Shown: positions 26,878-38,929 of the stretch, in pieces
Numbering within the stretch: the first letter of the stretch is position 1
Layout: each line of letters begins with the position of its first letter
Origin: Malacoraja senta
Taxonomy: Eukaryota
Reading direction: 5' to 3'
Assembly: GCA_038087875.1 (NCBI GenBank)
Contig: CM075989.1
Location: forward strand, 10,356,001 to 10,420,000
DNA: 64,000 nt
Program-made: the position numbers and the translations under genes
The notes under the pieces: generated by a model
Told to the model about the DNA's origin: nothing
What the model saw: only the letters and a program-made list of their open reading frames with translations
The model's database searches: none

Positions 26878-28649
26878 ATGACTCAAAGTCCTGGCAAAAG
26901 ATACAGTTTCCTTTGAACTGCTGGGGTGGACAGTCAATGTTTTGTGGGCTGCCAATAAAGGTACAAACTAGGGTTAGAAGACAACACCCCATCAAGCAGC
27001 ACTAGCTGGACTGAGATCTGATTCCCAGTCCAACAAGAGTTGTGCAAGATCAGTTGTCGAATTAATCCAAGGGAATCAGGGCCATAAAGGAGAATGATGG
27101 GCAAGAGGGAAAATCTCAGCTAGTGTCACCACTCATTAACACCCAGCACAGGCAGTAGTACATCGATTCAGCAAGCTTGCATCTGACAGTGATCCCTCAA
27201 GGATAAACTTGCCTAACAGGATTACCGGGATCCTGGCTTGTATTGGCGATAAACTTGGCCCCAACATTATTAAGGAGTTGATGCTACGACACAAGGCTGA
27301 ATGGCTTCGCAGTTACTTTCCAAACATGCTGTAGATTTGCCAAAGATTTGCCTAACATTTTTGATGATCATTAATTATTAAGTCATAGGAAAATGATAGG
27401 CCAATTTTCCTGATCACTGGTAGCCTTCTGGGCACACGCATTCCATGGATGAGCAAATTGAACATGGTCGAGATGGTCCTCCTCCGTGTTGTCCAATCAT
27501 TTCCATCCCTATACACACCAATTAATCATCGCAGGAAGTCCACACACAACTACATCTGGACAGTAAAACCAAGTAACGCCAAAGTTGCAGGTCAAGAATG
27601 CCCCATGTTCTCCTCAAACACATTTTGGGGCACACGCAAAACATGGATTCATACACGGAAGAGATTCAATGCAGCCACAAAGCCAGGGAAATGCAACCAA
27701 ACGATACGTTTCCTCATTGCAGCGATAAGGACAGAAAAATTATGGAAACATTCAGCAGGCTAGGCAGCATCATCGATGCTACCTAACCCTCGAGTGTTCC
27801 CATCTTCTCGGTTTTCGTTTTAGTTTTCCAGCAACTGTACTCTTTATTTTGCATGTTACCTGCAGCTGAGGTTCACTAACACTTCTGTGACCCTGAGGGT
27901 TTCTGTGATTGCCAATTGAGCTACCTCTCAATAGCAAATAAACCGGGACCATAGTACCTGCCAACGGCAGGCTCCAGAACTTGGATGGATGAAAACAAGA
28001 CCACAGTGACCTTGTTATCATTACAGTGCAGCTGATAGATGCTCTTTGTAGAGCAAGTCAGTCAACACCTCCCTCTGTGCATCTCAGATATACAGCCCTT
28101 TCCTGCTGCCAGCTATGTCTTCAATGTTCCAAACTCTGGAATTACTTCCCCAAATCCCCCTTTCTCTTATTAAAATGACCTGGCTATTCACTGCTGTCCC
28201 AATATGTCCTAATTTAGCTCAGCGTGAAATTTTGCTTGGGAATGATTCTGTGGTGTCATGAATGCCACTAAATGTTAGTTGTTGCTGCAGAGGTGAAACC
28301 AAGTGATGCAGTGTGTTCACAGTACAGGGCATAGAGCCTCTCTCTCTCACACCCTCTTCACAATGTGCCAGCTCAGGCCACGCTATGGTTCCAATGGCAC
28401 CAGAGGTCCTACTGTAAGCTCAGCCAAGTGGCTGTTTTCCGTTGAGGTTTGGCAGCAATTCATCAGGAGGGGCGTCACAGCCAAGCGAAGCATTGATCTG
28501 ACATTCAGCCACAAGTCCACACACATCTTCCAGCAGCCGTTACTGCACTGGACTGTAATCTGAACTAGGCACCTTGATAAAAATATTTATTCCACCAAAT
28601 TAACCTCAGTGTAGCACTCCAACTGCTAGGGAAATAAAAATAAAACAGA

Positions 28650-29275
28650 TGGGAGCCTGAACAGGCCATTCAGCGCCTCTCAGACCTAGTCTGCCATTCA
28701 ATAAGATCATGGTTGATCTAATCTTGGCTCCAACTGTAACCTGACCCTCCTATCGACCAAAGGTCTCTCCCTCTCTGCTTTGAATATATTTAATGATTCA
28801 GCCTCCACGGCTCTCTGGGTGGAGAATTCCAAAGATTTATGACACATTGAGGGGGGATACTTCCCCATCCTGTAGATGGCCCCTAATCATGAAACTACGC
28901 CCCCTAGTTCTTGAATATCCTCATTGCATACCCATAAAGCTTCCTCAGAACTTGATTTCATTGACATCACCTCCAACATAATCTGCAGAGTATAAACTTA
29001 ATTCTTTGTGACATAACATTGTCAAATCAACCGTGTGAACATTTGCTGTAGTGCCTCAGATGCAAGTATCTCCATCCTCAAATTAAGAGGCTCAAAATGC
29101 TTCAGATATGCTCTCAAAAGTCTTGCATAGTTCCAACAAGACCTGTTAATCTTGTATCCTACATCCCGTGTAATAAAGGCTAACATTCCATTTACTTTCC
29201 TAATTACTTGCTATAACAGCAGGCTAACTTTATATTTCTTTACTAGGACACCCAGATCTCACTCAATCCCAAAAG
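28650..29275 (-). mobile_element. Old CR1-type LINE fragment
   Basis: ggccattcagc...ccattcaataagatcatggttgatct; ctctctgggtggagaattccaaagatt; aataaaggctaacattccatt. Confidence 0.6.
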
Positions 29276-30398
29276 CAGATGCCTTATCCTCAAAGTTCCA
29301 TAGTATGCCACTTTTTCCATGTGAATAACTGGGGATTAGCTTTATACATTTATGAAGAGGTATTTCCTCCCCCACTGGAGAAAATACTTATTTGGCTGCC
29401 AATTTACTCAAAACTACCAAAGCAAAATACCTGAAAGGTCACTGATCCGAAATCTTAACTCTGTTTCCACCTCCACAGATATTGCCTGTGTTTACAGCAT
29501 TTTTTGTTTTTGTTTAAACAATTTAGTCAGTCAAGGAATGAGTTACTCTGATCAATCTCAACACCGTTTTAACTGCCATAATGAAACTACAAGCAACAAT
29601 AGGAGGTTTACCCCTCCACACAGCTGTTACATCCTCGGTGCATGTCTCACATTTGGTTCCTCGGAGAGCCAGCTTGGAGATTATCAAAAAACTCATTGAG
29701 GCTTGAACTCCTCTCATCCACTTCAATTAATGCAAAACACACAGCGTTCAGATTTTTGGCAGTAATAATTTCTTCCCCAAATGCTTTGCTCTACTCTTTG
29801 TGGCGATTTGCCAATTTTGAGATAGCCTGAGCAGTCAACCACATTCCGCCATTTCCATTGGCACATCTCTCCTGGAGGGCATGACATGCAGTGCGACATC
29901 CCTGCCACGACCAAAATAAAATTGGTAAAAGTCAGCCGCTGGCAGAAGAATCCAGGGTGAATCCAGGTATGCTCCAGGTATGTATTAGATTAATGCACAA
30001 ACATTAAAGTTTAATATGGACAAAGCAATCCACAAGCTTTGTATGAAGTCCCAATTTAACCATTCTTGCAAGCATAAAACAGCTAATCCATCATGTACAA
30101 AGCAACACAATATTAAAATCCAAGATCTAAACTGATTTCACATATCATCAGTTCAAGCTAACATGCGGAGTCAACAACATATCAGTCCTTCTTATACTCA
30201 ATACCAGGTGAAATTTTGTGAATATTTTTGGAAGAATTCATTATCAATCAAGTATTTACAAAGGAGATAGAAAAACAGCACCACCAACTATTACTGCACT
30301 ACCAACAATACCAATCTTAATTCAGGCTTCTCAATGCCTGTTCCATTAACACAATATACACACCATGTTGGCAACTGAAAGTCAAACTGCCAGCCTAC

Positions 30399-30467
30399 CT
30401 GAGAAATCTCCAGGCGTGATATTTGGGGAATCGGTGGCTTCTGTTTCCGTGTAGGACACTGTGCATT
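30399..30467 (-). CDS. smad6: SMAD6 exon 3 (69 nt): (E)CTVSYTETEATDSPNITPGDFS
   Basis: Acceptor tctattccatcag| and donor TCAG|gtaggc; keeps phase 1; matches the SMAD6 linker ..TLSYTETEA.....PGEFS. Confidence 0.9.
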
Positions 30468-31502
30468 CTGATGGAATAGAACAGATTTTAAAACAATACA
30501 TCATGTAAAATATCTACAGTATTGTACTCAGCAGATCTCTAAAGAATTTCCTTTCTTAAAACCCACAATACTATAAAGCATCTGCACCAAAATGAAAAAC
30601 AAGCTAAATCCCTCATTGTTACAATTTCAGTTGGAACCAAGATGTGGAAGTCCGCACATTTAGTTCATAATATTTTTAGTTTTAGACTAACGGTATCCAA
30701 ACTGAACAGAGATAGAGTAAAGCAGCAGAAAAATCAAACATAACTTGCATGATCGGAGCCATCAAAAGCTGTATGAGCAAAGGTCAAATCTCTAAGTAGT
30801 TATAGTCCTCCTCAATACCATCTGATTAGTGCAGGGAGCAGAACACATCAGGGGAAATATCAGTGCACTCTGAGCATTACTTTCCTTCAGGTGCATTTTT
30901 AAATGTTCATTAGAAGTTTTTGCTTTGAACAATATTTAAATTGGGAAATGTTTTCATGATGAAATAGTCAAAGAGTTTAATCCAGGCCAAACTGAAGCTT
31001 GGCTGCTGACTGATTGCTTGCAACCTCAGCACCACACATTCGCAACCACAGCCAGCCTCACTGAAGCTTCAATGTTTGGCAAGCCACCATGTAAAATAGC
31101 AGCAGAATTCACAAGCTCTCCTGATAGCTACGGGCTTCCTCTCAAGTCATGGTAAAGGGCCAGCTGAACTAGCCAATGCATAGTTGCTTTATTTAATTCC
31201 AATTAAAATCTTTCCAAGCCAAATTACTGCTATAACAACAAAAGCCTTGTTTTAAAAACAACTGAAAACAAAGTCATCATAAATCCAGCAGCCCTCCCTG
31301 AACCACTGGTTCTGAGATGGCAGGTGCCCACTGGCAATGCCAAATCCTTAACTTCATACAAGATATTTAAAATGTTTAGTCAGAACATATTTTATGTTCA
31401 TTAGAAAAAAATATATTGTATTGTACGACAGTGACACATTCACTTCCTTGCAAACTATCACTAACTTTTTTTAAAGTTCTAATTTCATAAATAAAAACTT
31501 AC

Positions 31503-31559
31503 CCAATGGCTTTTCTTCGTCATTTGGAGAGAATCTGGAGTAAGGAGGAGGTGGAGAAT
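31503..31559 (-). CDS. smad6: SMAD6 exon 2 (57 nt; PY motif): (D)SPPPPYSRFSPNDEEKPL
   Basis: Acceptor ctcattttcag| and donor TTGG|gtaagt; in frame with exon 1; matches the SMAD6 ESPPPPYSR..P.DE.KPL exon. Confidence 0.95.
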
Positions 31560-31692
31560 CTGAAAATGAGGACATGGGAATTACAGAAAGAAAAAGTGAA
31601 GAGAAAAAAAAAAATCCTGCCTGCGTCTTGAAGGTTTAAATGTGGAGAGTGAGCATGCAGTAATTGCCCAGATTCAGTCGTCAGATGAATGA

Positions 31693-31710
31693 GGAGCCAG
31701 GCTGGCGCCA
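31693..31710. promoter_or_regulatory. Candidate BMP-responsive element in intron 1 (GGAGCC-N5-GGCGCC)
   Basis: GGAGCC at 31693-31698 and TGGCGCCA at 31703-31710, both known Smad1/5 GC motifs. Confidence 0.45.
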
Positions 31711-33990
31711 GGCATATGCAAACTGCATATTATTGCCACTCCTTCACCTAAATAGCTTTGGAACTTCTTAGGGGAAAAAAGGAGAAAGAAAACGAGTTGA
31801 AATCGATCTCATTTCAAAGGGATGATTCCAGATCTGATCTCCTCCCACAAGGACAGAGAGACAGAGAGGGAGAGGGGAAATATTTCAGTCGCGTTCGCTG
31901 GGGTTCTGGTAATCAATTGGGAGTTTTAAACAAACCGTTTAGACAGGGGAATTCCTTAAAAAGGGAGCTTCTGGGAGCACCACGTGAAAAGGCGCGGCCA
32001 GGTGAAAGAGCCTAGCCACTTCTCACAGACTCTGAGAAATCAAGGAAGAAACAGAACAAAAATAACTGCGGATTTTCTCATTTTTAAAAAGCGACATTTG
32101 CGTGTACGCGATGTGAGGGCAAGGATCTAAAACTGGCCGATTCGCCCGATAGCTTGAATCGGTAACATAAAAAGGTTATCGCGTCACGCATCAGTAATTC
32201 TTAGCTATTTGTAAAAATGCAACAGAACTTGAGACAAGGCTGTTTTATTAAGAGACAGTAGTTCCTTTATATTGGGCCAAAATTTAACATACTGATGCTT
32301 TTTAAACATAAATGTTCGCTATCAACTGCCCCAATATATATATATATCGGTCGTCTTATTGGTATTCCAGGGTTACGGTTTAAGGTGAGACTTAAAAAAA
32401 AAGAATGGTTTGCAACCCGCTTTGCATGCCCCCACCCTCCAACCCAACACGCCTTCTGCCAACTAAGGAGTCTCAAGGATGGAGATGGTGAGTGGGCATT
32501 TTTGAATAGACAATCTTCAGGTTAGTTGGCATTCACATCCCAAGTACTCGAACCCCTTTACATCATCGAGTATTGCGGAGAGCACCCGTGAGTTAATCTG
32601 AATGTGCCTTGTGAAAATTAAGTTTATTTTTTAAATATTATTAAAAGCGTCTGTAAAATGGTGACCTGAATAATGAAATGGTCAGTAATTAAATTCTAAA
32701 CTGAGCAAATATATTCCTTTTTTTTTTAAACTCAGATTAAATTTCACCAACGTCATTGCATATTGGGGTGTTCACTAAAATGAAAATAATCCTTTCCACA
32801 TATGCAATAAATAAAGGTTACAGGAAAAAAAACTTTGAAACGAAAATCCTACTCTAATCCAGTGTTGTGAAAACCTCTGCAAACCCAATGCCTGGTCCTA
32901 CGAGGCGTTGACATAGATTAAATTAGGTAGCCCACCAGATCCCGTCTGTTGGGACATTTTTTTAAAACATTTATTTATTAAGACATGCTGTTGACAGTTT
33001 CATGGTTTCAGTCTTAGTGTTGCTTGTGGGAAGAAAATGCACAAAAAGTGTATTGAAACGCCTGGGGCCGCATACCCCGTTTCATTTCAATCACTCAGAG
33101 TGATCAGATTTTCATAGGTTGCCCAGTGTCGAAATATCTTTCTCCATCTCCCCCTCCCCCCAAATACCCCTCTAATCTAGACGAAGGACATCAAGTTTCA
33201 CCTGTTGCCCAGCCCTGTCATTACCTGTCTGGGATACATCTGTTGAAACCTGATGAATGAGTGAGACAGACAACCAATTTACAAATGGCTTGAAATGTAC
33301 ATCTCTGTAATGAATGAAAACTGCAGCTCTCGTGAATGAAATATAGCCCGGCCTATAAACGAGATAAATTCCCATTTATTTCTGTACGTTAAATAATTTA
33401 TCCCAATCTGTTTACAAAATCAAATGCAAATTCCTACAAACTGTATCTTGTAAGATTCACTTTTCCTAATTTTTTTAATAAATATTTCGATTTTGACTTA
33501 ACAAAATGGCATTTGTAAAACTATGGAAAATATGATCCTCGAGACTGACAGTGTCATATAAATCTTAGAGTATTTTTCGGAAAGGGGGGGTTAATATACT
33601 GACACATAATTTACGTTAAACTGCAGGCTCAGAATCATTTCCAAAGAAATGTGACATTTGTGGCGGGCTGGCTCATACTCGGTCCATGTGCTAAAAATAA
33701 ATAGACTCGGCGCCCAGGCACTGAGATGCTCACGTGGCCTCTCAAAACCTGGTGGTGGAGGTTCAAATGGGAGCCTTTCACTTGCAACCCTCAAGATAGG
33801 TTCTGTAGCTGTTTAACTTCTAGCCGAAAAAAATGAAACCCCGTGGCAAGCGAGGCACCCAACAACACGCCGCTCTCTCCAAAAGAGAGCTTAACACGAA
33901 TGCAACTGCACAAAGGTGGTGAATCCCTCGGGGATTTTAAACGTGTGAATGGGAGAGGGGGATGGGGGAAAGAAAGAATAAAAAGTTCAC

Positions 33991-34408
33991 CTGGGCCGTA
34001 CAGCCGACTGAAGTGATAGGGGTTGCAGCAAACAGTAGCGTGGTCCGCGCTCCTGGAAAAACCCTCGCAAGGATAAAGCCTCTTGAGTTCGAAGAGCTGC
34101 TTGAGATCAGGCCACCTGAAAAGTCTACAAAGCAAGAGCTGGGGGGCCAGGGTCTGCTTGCCAACCCTCACTTCGTTCCTAGCCATTAGGACACAAGCAG
34201 TATGCAGTCCCCCTCTGCTCTCCACCGCCTGAGACAGCAGTTCCAGGGGCTTTTCCTTCAGTCTCTTCAGCAGCGAATGCGTTACTGACTTGAGCTCGTT
34301 TAACGATCCGGCCGGGTCGCTCCAATCCTCCGTCTCCTGCCCATTGCTCCCCGTTACCCGGCTTCGCCAAAGTCGCCGTACAAGGCCCGAACGTTTGGAT
34401 CTGAACAT
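33991..34408 (-). CDS. smad6: SMAD6 coding exon 1 (N-terminus and I-SMAD MH1-like domain), 418 nt, phase-1 end
   Basis: Translation starts [17 protein letters not shown], the SMAD6-type N-terminus (SMAD7 has MFRTKRSA). It contains [23 protein letters not shown] and [11 protein letters not shown]. The exon ends CCAG|GTGAAC at 33991/33990. Confidence 0.95.
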
Positions 34409-35149
34409 GCGATGATTATAATCGCGATATCCGGGGAGTGCAATTTATAACCCCGCAGCTTCAGAAAGCACCCTTGTCCTGTTTCTCCCCCCTCTCTCTC
34501 GCCTTCTTCCTGGGAGGAGGGGGAAAGAGGGAAGGGGATTTTTAAAAAGGGAGATCAGACGGCATCAAGCCGGGGAGAGAGCCGTGCACCAGCACAGCCA
34601 GGCAGCTCCGGGACCAGATCACACCTACACAGTTCACCAATCTGCAACATTCGGCTATAAAAGGGTACTGTGCAAAGGGTACTGGAGTAAAAATCTGCAA
34701 CAGTAACCACTGCAAAACAAAAATTGCAACAGTAACCAATGCAAAAAAAATCGCACTAAACTATCACATCCAGAAAAGCAATGCACAGAGAAAAGACAGA
34801 AATATATATATTTTAAATTCTTCTGCGGGATTTGCAATTCCTATCCAATGTACTGGCCCCCGTTCCCCTCTCTCAAAACACCTCTTGATTTTTCTTCAAA
34901 GCTGCAGTCTTCAAATGCTCTTTTGCCTCCGCTGTAATAGATCCAAACAAATTGCAAGCGAGATCTTGAGTAATTTCGATTCTTTCCAGTAATGCACACT
35001 GCAGACCACCAATGCAACGTGCCAGTTACAGGCGTATACAAGAATCCCAAGTTATTAAAAAAATTAAATATAGACAGGAGTGAGTTGCAGAGTAGATTCA
35101 GCGGGTCCGCTCCGTGCACCCTGTACGGACAGTTAGACTGCACTGTGTG

Positions 35150-35290
35150 GATTTTCTCTCTCACTCTCTCTCTTTACAACACACTGGGCCTCCTAGGTTA
35201 CATCTCAGCCATTGGCTGTCTGTAATCATGTGGTAGTCTAGACATTTTGGCGCGGCTCAGATCTGTACTGATTGTTGCGCAAATAAGGTT
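35150..35290 (-). promoter_or_regulatory. Putative SMAD6 proximal promoter (CCAAT box, palindromic SBE, GC-rich Smad/E2F-like site)
   Basis: ATTGG at 35211-35215 (CCAAT on minus strand), GTCTAGAC at 35236-35243, GGCGCGG at 35249-35255; CpG-containing and repeat-free, ~800 bp upstream of the ATG. TSS not determined. Confidence 0.55.
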
Positions 35291-35749
35291 TCCAGTTTCT
35301 TAACTCTTAGCGCACCAGAGATTTTCTTGCAAACGTTGACCACAATTTTTTTTGCCTAGCAGAAATTATTATACAAAGAAGTAAGCCGCAAAGTGCTTAT
35401 TAACACGGTTCCAGCCTCTCCTCCCGCTCCAGTTGGACTGGATGATCGGGTTTTCACTGACACGCTGATCGCCCTTGAGCGCCGAGGTTCCAGTCTCGGA
35501 TACTCCGCTTCAGTCCGCGCAGGTCCAACTCATTACAACATTGGATTCATCCCTTTCACATCCCAAAGCTCGCAACCACTTTTTGGGAAGTAATTGCAAT
35601 ACAGAAGTCAGAAATGTGATAATGGATCAACAATGTGTATTATGATAAAGAACAGACTTACTGGCGATATTTACTAGGTTGGGCAGTATCTGGAGAAGGA
35701 AACATTTCACGTCCCTAGCCTGGGAAAAATGTGTTTGGCGATGTTGATT

Positions 35750-36150
35750 GCAGGGTGAATTTTGGTCTCAAGATACTTCCCCTTTGAAATTGCGCCAACT
35801 GATATTTTAATGCCCCGGAGAAAAGACAGAAAATAAGAAATAGGAACAGAAGTCGACCACTCGGCCTTTGAGAGAATTACGTCTCATCCAAATGCAATAC
35901 ATCCGACAGTACGGCAACTTCCTTTATACTGCACTAGACTCAGGAGTGGGGTTGGAAAGCCAACTCTGAAGAAGGGTTTCGGCCCGAAACGTTGCCTATT
36001 TCCTTCGCTCCATGGATGCTGCTGCACCCGCTGAGTTTCTCCAGCATTTTTGTGTGTACCTTGGAAAGCCAACTGTTGACTGAAGTGCTGGTTGACCTCT
36101 CAGCTCTACTGACTTATCGGTCAGAGTGAGAACTGGGGTATTGGGGCAGA
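35750..36150 (-). mobile_element. Degenerate Deu-domain SINE (SacSINE/AmnSINE-like) hosting the mini-element insertion
   Basis: acgtctcatccaaatgcaatacatccgacagtacggca resembles the Deu core. Similar degenerate copies lie near 5130-5305, 47200-47490 and 50080-50310. Confidence 0.45.
35966..36060 (+). mobile_element. Hammerhead-motif mini-element (95 nt), young copy
   Basis: Starts CTGAAGA-A-GGGT-TTCG-GCCC-GAAAC-GTT; 14-bp TSD ttggaaagccaact at 35952-35965 and 36061-36074; sequence matches the Penelope terminal region at 61285-61365. Confidence 0.9.
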
Positions 36151-37447
36151 GTACTCGGGTGAGGCAAGGAATTATGAAATCTCCACGAACACGCTGAAGC
36201 AAATTTTAAAATACTACCTAATACTTTTTCCTTTTCCAGGATGAGAGATGGCGGGGCATATTGAAGAATTTCCAAAGAAGCAAACATGGAAAGTTCTTCA
36301 TCTCTTTATTTTGTACCTACTACAGGTAGCCCAGTTATCTAGCCATTTGGGATGTCATAAACAAAACTGACAAAATTATTTTCTAAGATTCCCTCACCTT
36401 TTCCAGTCCCATTCCCTTATTTTGGCTCATATCCCTTTTAAACTGTACAAATGTCTTTTAAACATTATAATTGTACCCACCTCTACCGCTTCCTCTGGCA
36501 GCTCGTTCAATATACGTACCACACAATAAGGAAAGAAAAGAGGTAAATGTCCAATTCACTGTGACTTGAAGGAGAAATTTGAGGTAGGTAATTCCATGCA
36601 CTTGCTTCCCCTGTTTTTCTAAGTTTTCAGGATGATGAATATGGGGTGCACCATCAAATAAAATACCCTGAGGGATATCATATGGTAGCTGTAGCCCTGT
36701 TATGTTGCTGGCAGAAGCAATGATGTTTAAGGTGGTGCATGTGATATTAATCATTCATGATGTTGTCTACCATTGGCCTTCAATCTTCTTGGAAGGTACA
36801 ATGCACTAATCCAGATAGCTAGACAGCATTGCATCACACTTCTTACTTGAGCCTAGTAGGTGGCAGACTTTGGAGAATGGAGAATTGGTAGCTGCAGAAC
36901 ACCAACCTCACATCTGTCCTTGCAGTTACAGTATTTATGTAGCTTTCTGTTCAGCGATAAACTCCCCAGGATGCTGGGATAGGATGGAGGAAGGGTTGGT
37001 GGTGGAGTGTAACAGCAATGTGATTGAGTGTGAAGAGGAAATGTGGAAGGACACTAATTTTCTCGCATATAAAAAGTCTAAATATTATTTGTCACTAATC
37101 AACCTGTGAATGGATGACATCCTGGTCTTGCTGTATACAGACACAGAGTGTTTAAGTTTCTAGAGATATTGCAGAGTATTGACCCTACCCCAATCCCCCC
37201 TCCCCTTTCCCAATCGTCTCAGACAAGTAGGTGCTACTGCACCAGAACAACATTGTGATCCATCTCTCATAATCTTCACCCTATACATTTCTGGATTAAA
37301 ACTGTGATGCTGAAATAGTGACAAATGATTTCTTACTAGGAGTTGGTCTGTGTTGAAACTGCCTGAATTTATTTTTCTACAAGCAGAAGAGACTTTAATC
37401 CTATGAATTGTGATGGATTCAAACTTGGATATAAAGATGAAAGACCA

Positions 37448-38054
37448 TAATACTAAATTGGATCCAGACTCAAAATTAATAATACTTGGGATATCAGAAC
37501 AAAGTTTAACACTCACAACAAGCCAAAGAAACTTCCTCGACTACAGTATAATAACTGGGAAAAAATTAATATTAAAATTTTGGAAAGGCCCTATAACCCC
37601 CACAATTAAAATGTGGATTGTGGAAATGTCTGAGACCCTACATCTAGAAAGAATTAGACTTGTCTTAATGGACAAACAAGAACTTTTTGTTAAAATATGG
37701 GCTCCATTCATTAACTATTTGAAGGGATAGATTGGCCTAGCACGAAAACCCAACTGAAGCTTGAACTCAGGGTTAGATGAAAAATTATACTTCATAATCT
37801 ACGAACTTATCTCCAATGACGTATTATAAGTAATTCATTCCATCTTTTCTCTTTTTTGATATTTGTAATTCTTTTTTCTCTCTTTCTCTCTCTTTCTATC
37901 TATATTAAAAAAAACACTAGAAGCAGAATTAATCGACAATTGAAAATTTTAATAATGTATGATTGATGTATATGAAAAGTTTTTTTACTATAATATGTAA
38001 CTATACTTTATAATATGTTTGCTTCTAATAAAAATAATTTAAAAAAATAAATAA
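37448..38054 (+). mobile_element. 5'-truncated L1-clade LINE (ORF2 C-terminus, 3'UTR, A-rich tail)
   Basis: KKLILKFWK...PTIKMWI...LHLERIR...FVKIWAPFINYL*; AATAAA and A-tail; 17-bp TSD ataaagatgaaagacca at 37431-37447 and 38055-38071. Confidence 0.88.
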
Positions 38055-38929
38055 ATAAAGATGAAAGACCACCAACACCACTGCACCACCCAGTTCCCAC
38101 TTGTCTGATAAATAATTGAAAATCTGAAGTTGATCCAAATATGGAAATTAAATGGATGGCGACTGGTGGGTTAGTAGAGGAGGTGTCATGACTGGTCATT
38201 TTTCTAACAATGGACCCACGTTTCAATCTACCATCTGGATCTGCTATCAAGGATTAACACTATTGATTACTGACAAAAAATCTGCATAATGACTAAAACA
38301 AATAAAAATGTAAAAGAGGAAATGTATAACTTTCTATTGTAATTTTGCTGAATGTTCTAATGAATGTTAGCCTCCCAGAGGCAAACAGCTGTTTTTATCC
38401 TAATATTACGGTAAAAAGTGACTCAAGCTCCAACATTAATGAAATATCCTCATTACATGATAAACATCAATAAATATAATGTTGATACTATAAAGAACAG
38501 TTATAGGGTATTTCCAGTCATTACCCCACTTCTTTAAACTCTTCCTTTGATCCCTGAGATATATTTCATGCTCTCGTGCCAGTATCAATCATTGAGCCCT
38601 GAATTTATTCGTTTTGTTTTTTGTAGGAACTCCCTCCTTAAATCCTTTTATTCTGCTTTGTCTCTGCTTGCTTTCAGTTCTGAGCATCATTGACAAGTTC
38701 AAGTTTGCTACCCATACCTAATTGCTCGAATGGGTGGAGCTGAGCTATTATCTTTAACTGCTATTATCCATGTTTGTTAAGTGGGGAATAGTTCTAAAAT
38801 AAGTTATTCTGCTAATTCTTTCTCCTCACTCCAAGGACAAAGACAGGATTTGATTTCCACCACAACTCTTCATATTCAACAATTGTAATTTCAAACACCT
38901 CCCTTTTTCTTCCCCATTTTATATTTTGA

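Larger units (their letters stand above)
1..30398 (-). other. smad6: SMAD6 intron 3 (extends beyond the window start; MH2 exon not in window)
   Basis: No MH2-like ORF (HWCSVAYWE...ISFAKGWG) in the ORF track; SMAD6 intron 3 is characteristically long. Confidence 0.75.

Noticed and set aside
33791..33990. C-terminal 66 aa of the 205-aa ORF
   Set aside because: Read-through into intron 1; SMAD homology stops at the GT donor and continues in exon 2.
33991..34408. SMAD7 identity, or the short N-terminus as a novelty
   Set aside because: The N-terminus and exons 2-3 are SMAD6-type; compact SMAD6 proteins are, to my knowledge, also found in other non-mammals.
34655..34662. TATAAAA on the plus strand within the SMAD6 5' region (antisense promoter)
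   Set aside because: A single short motif with no other support.
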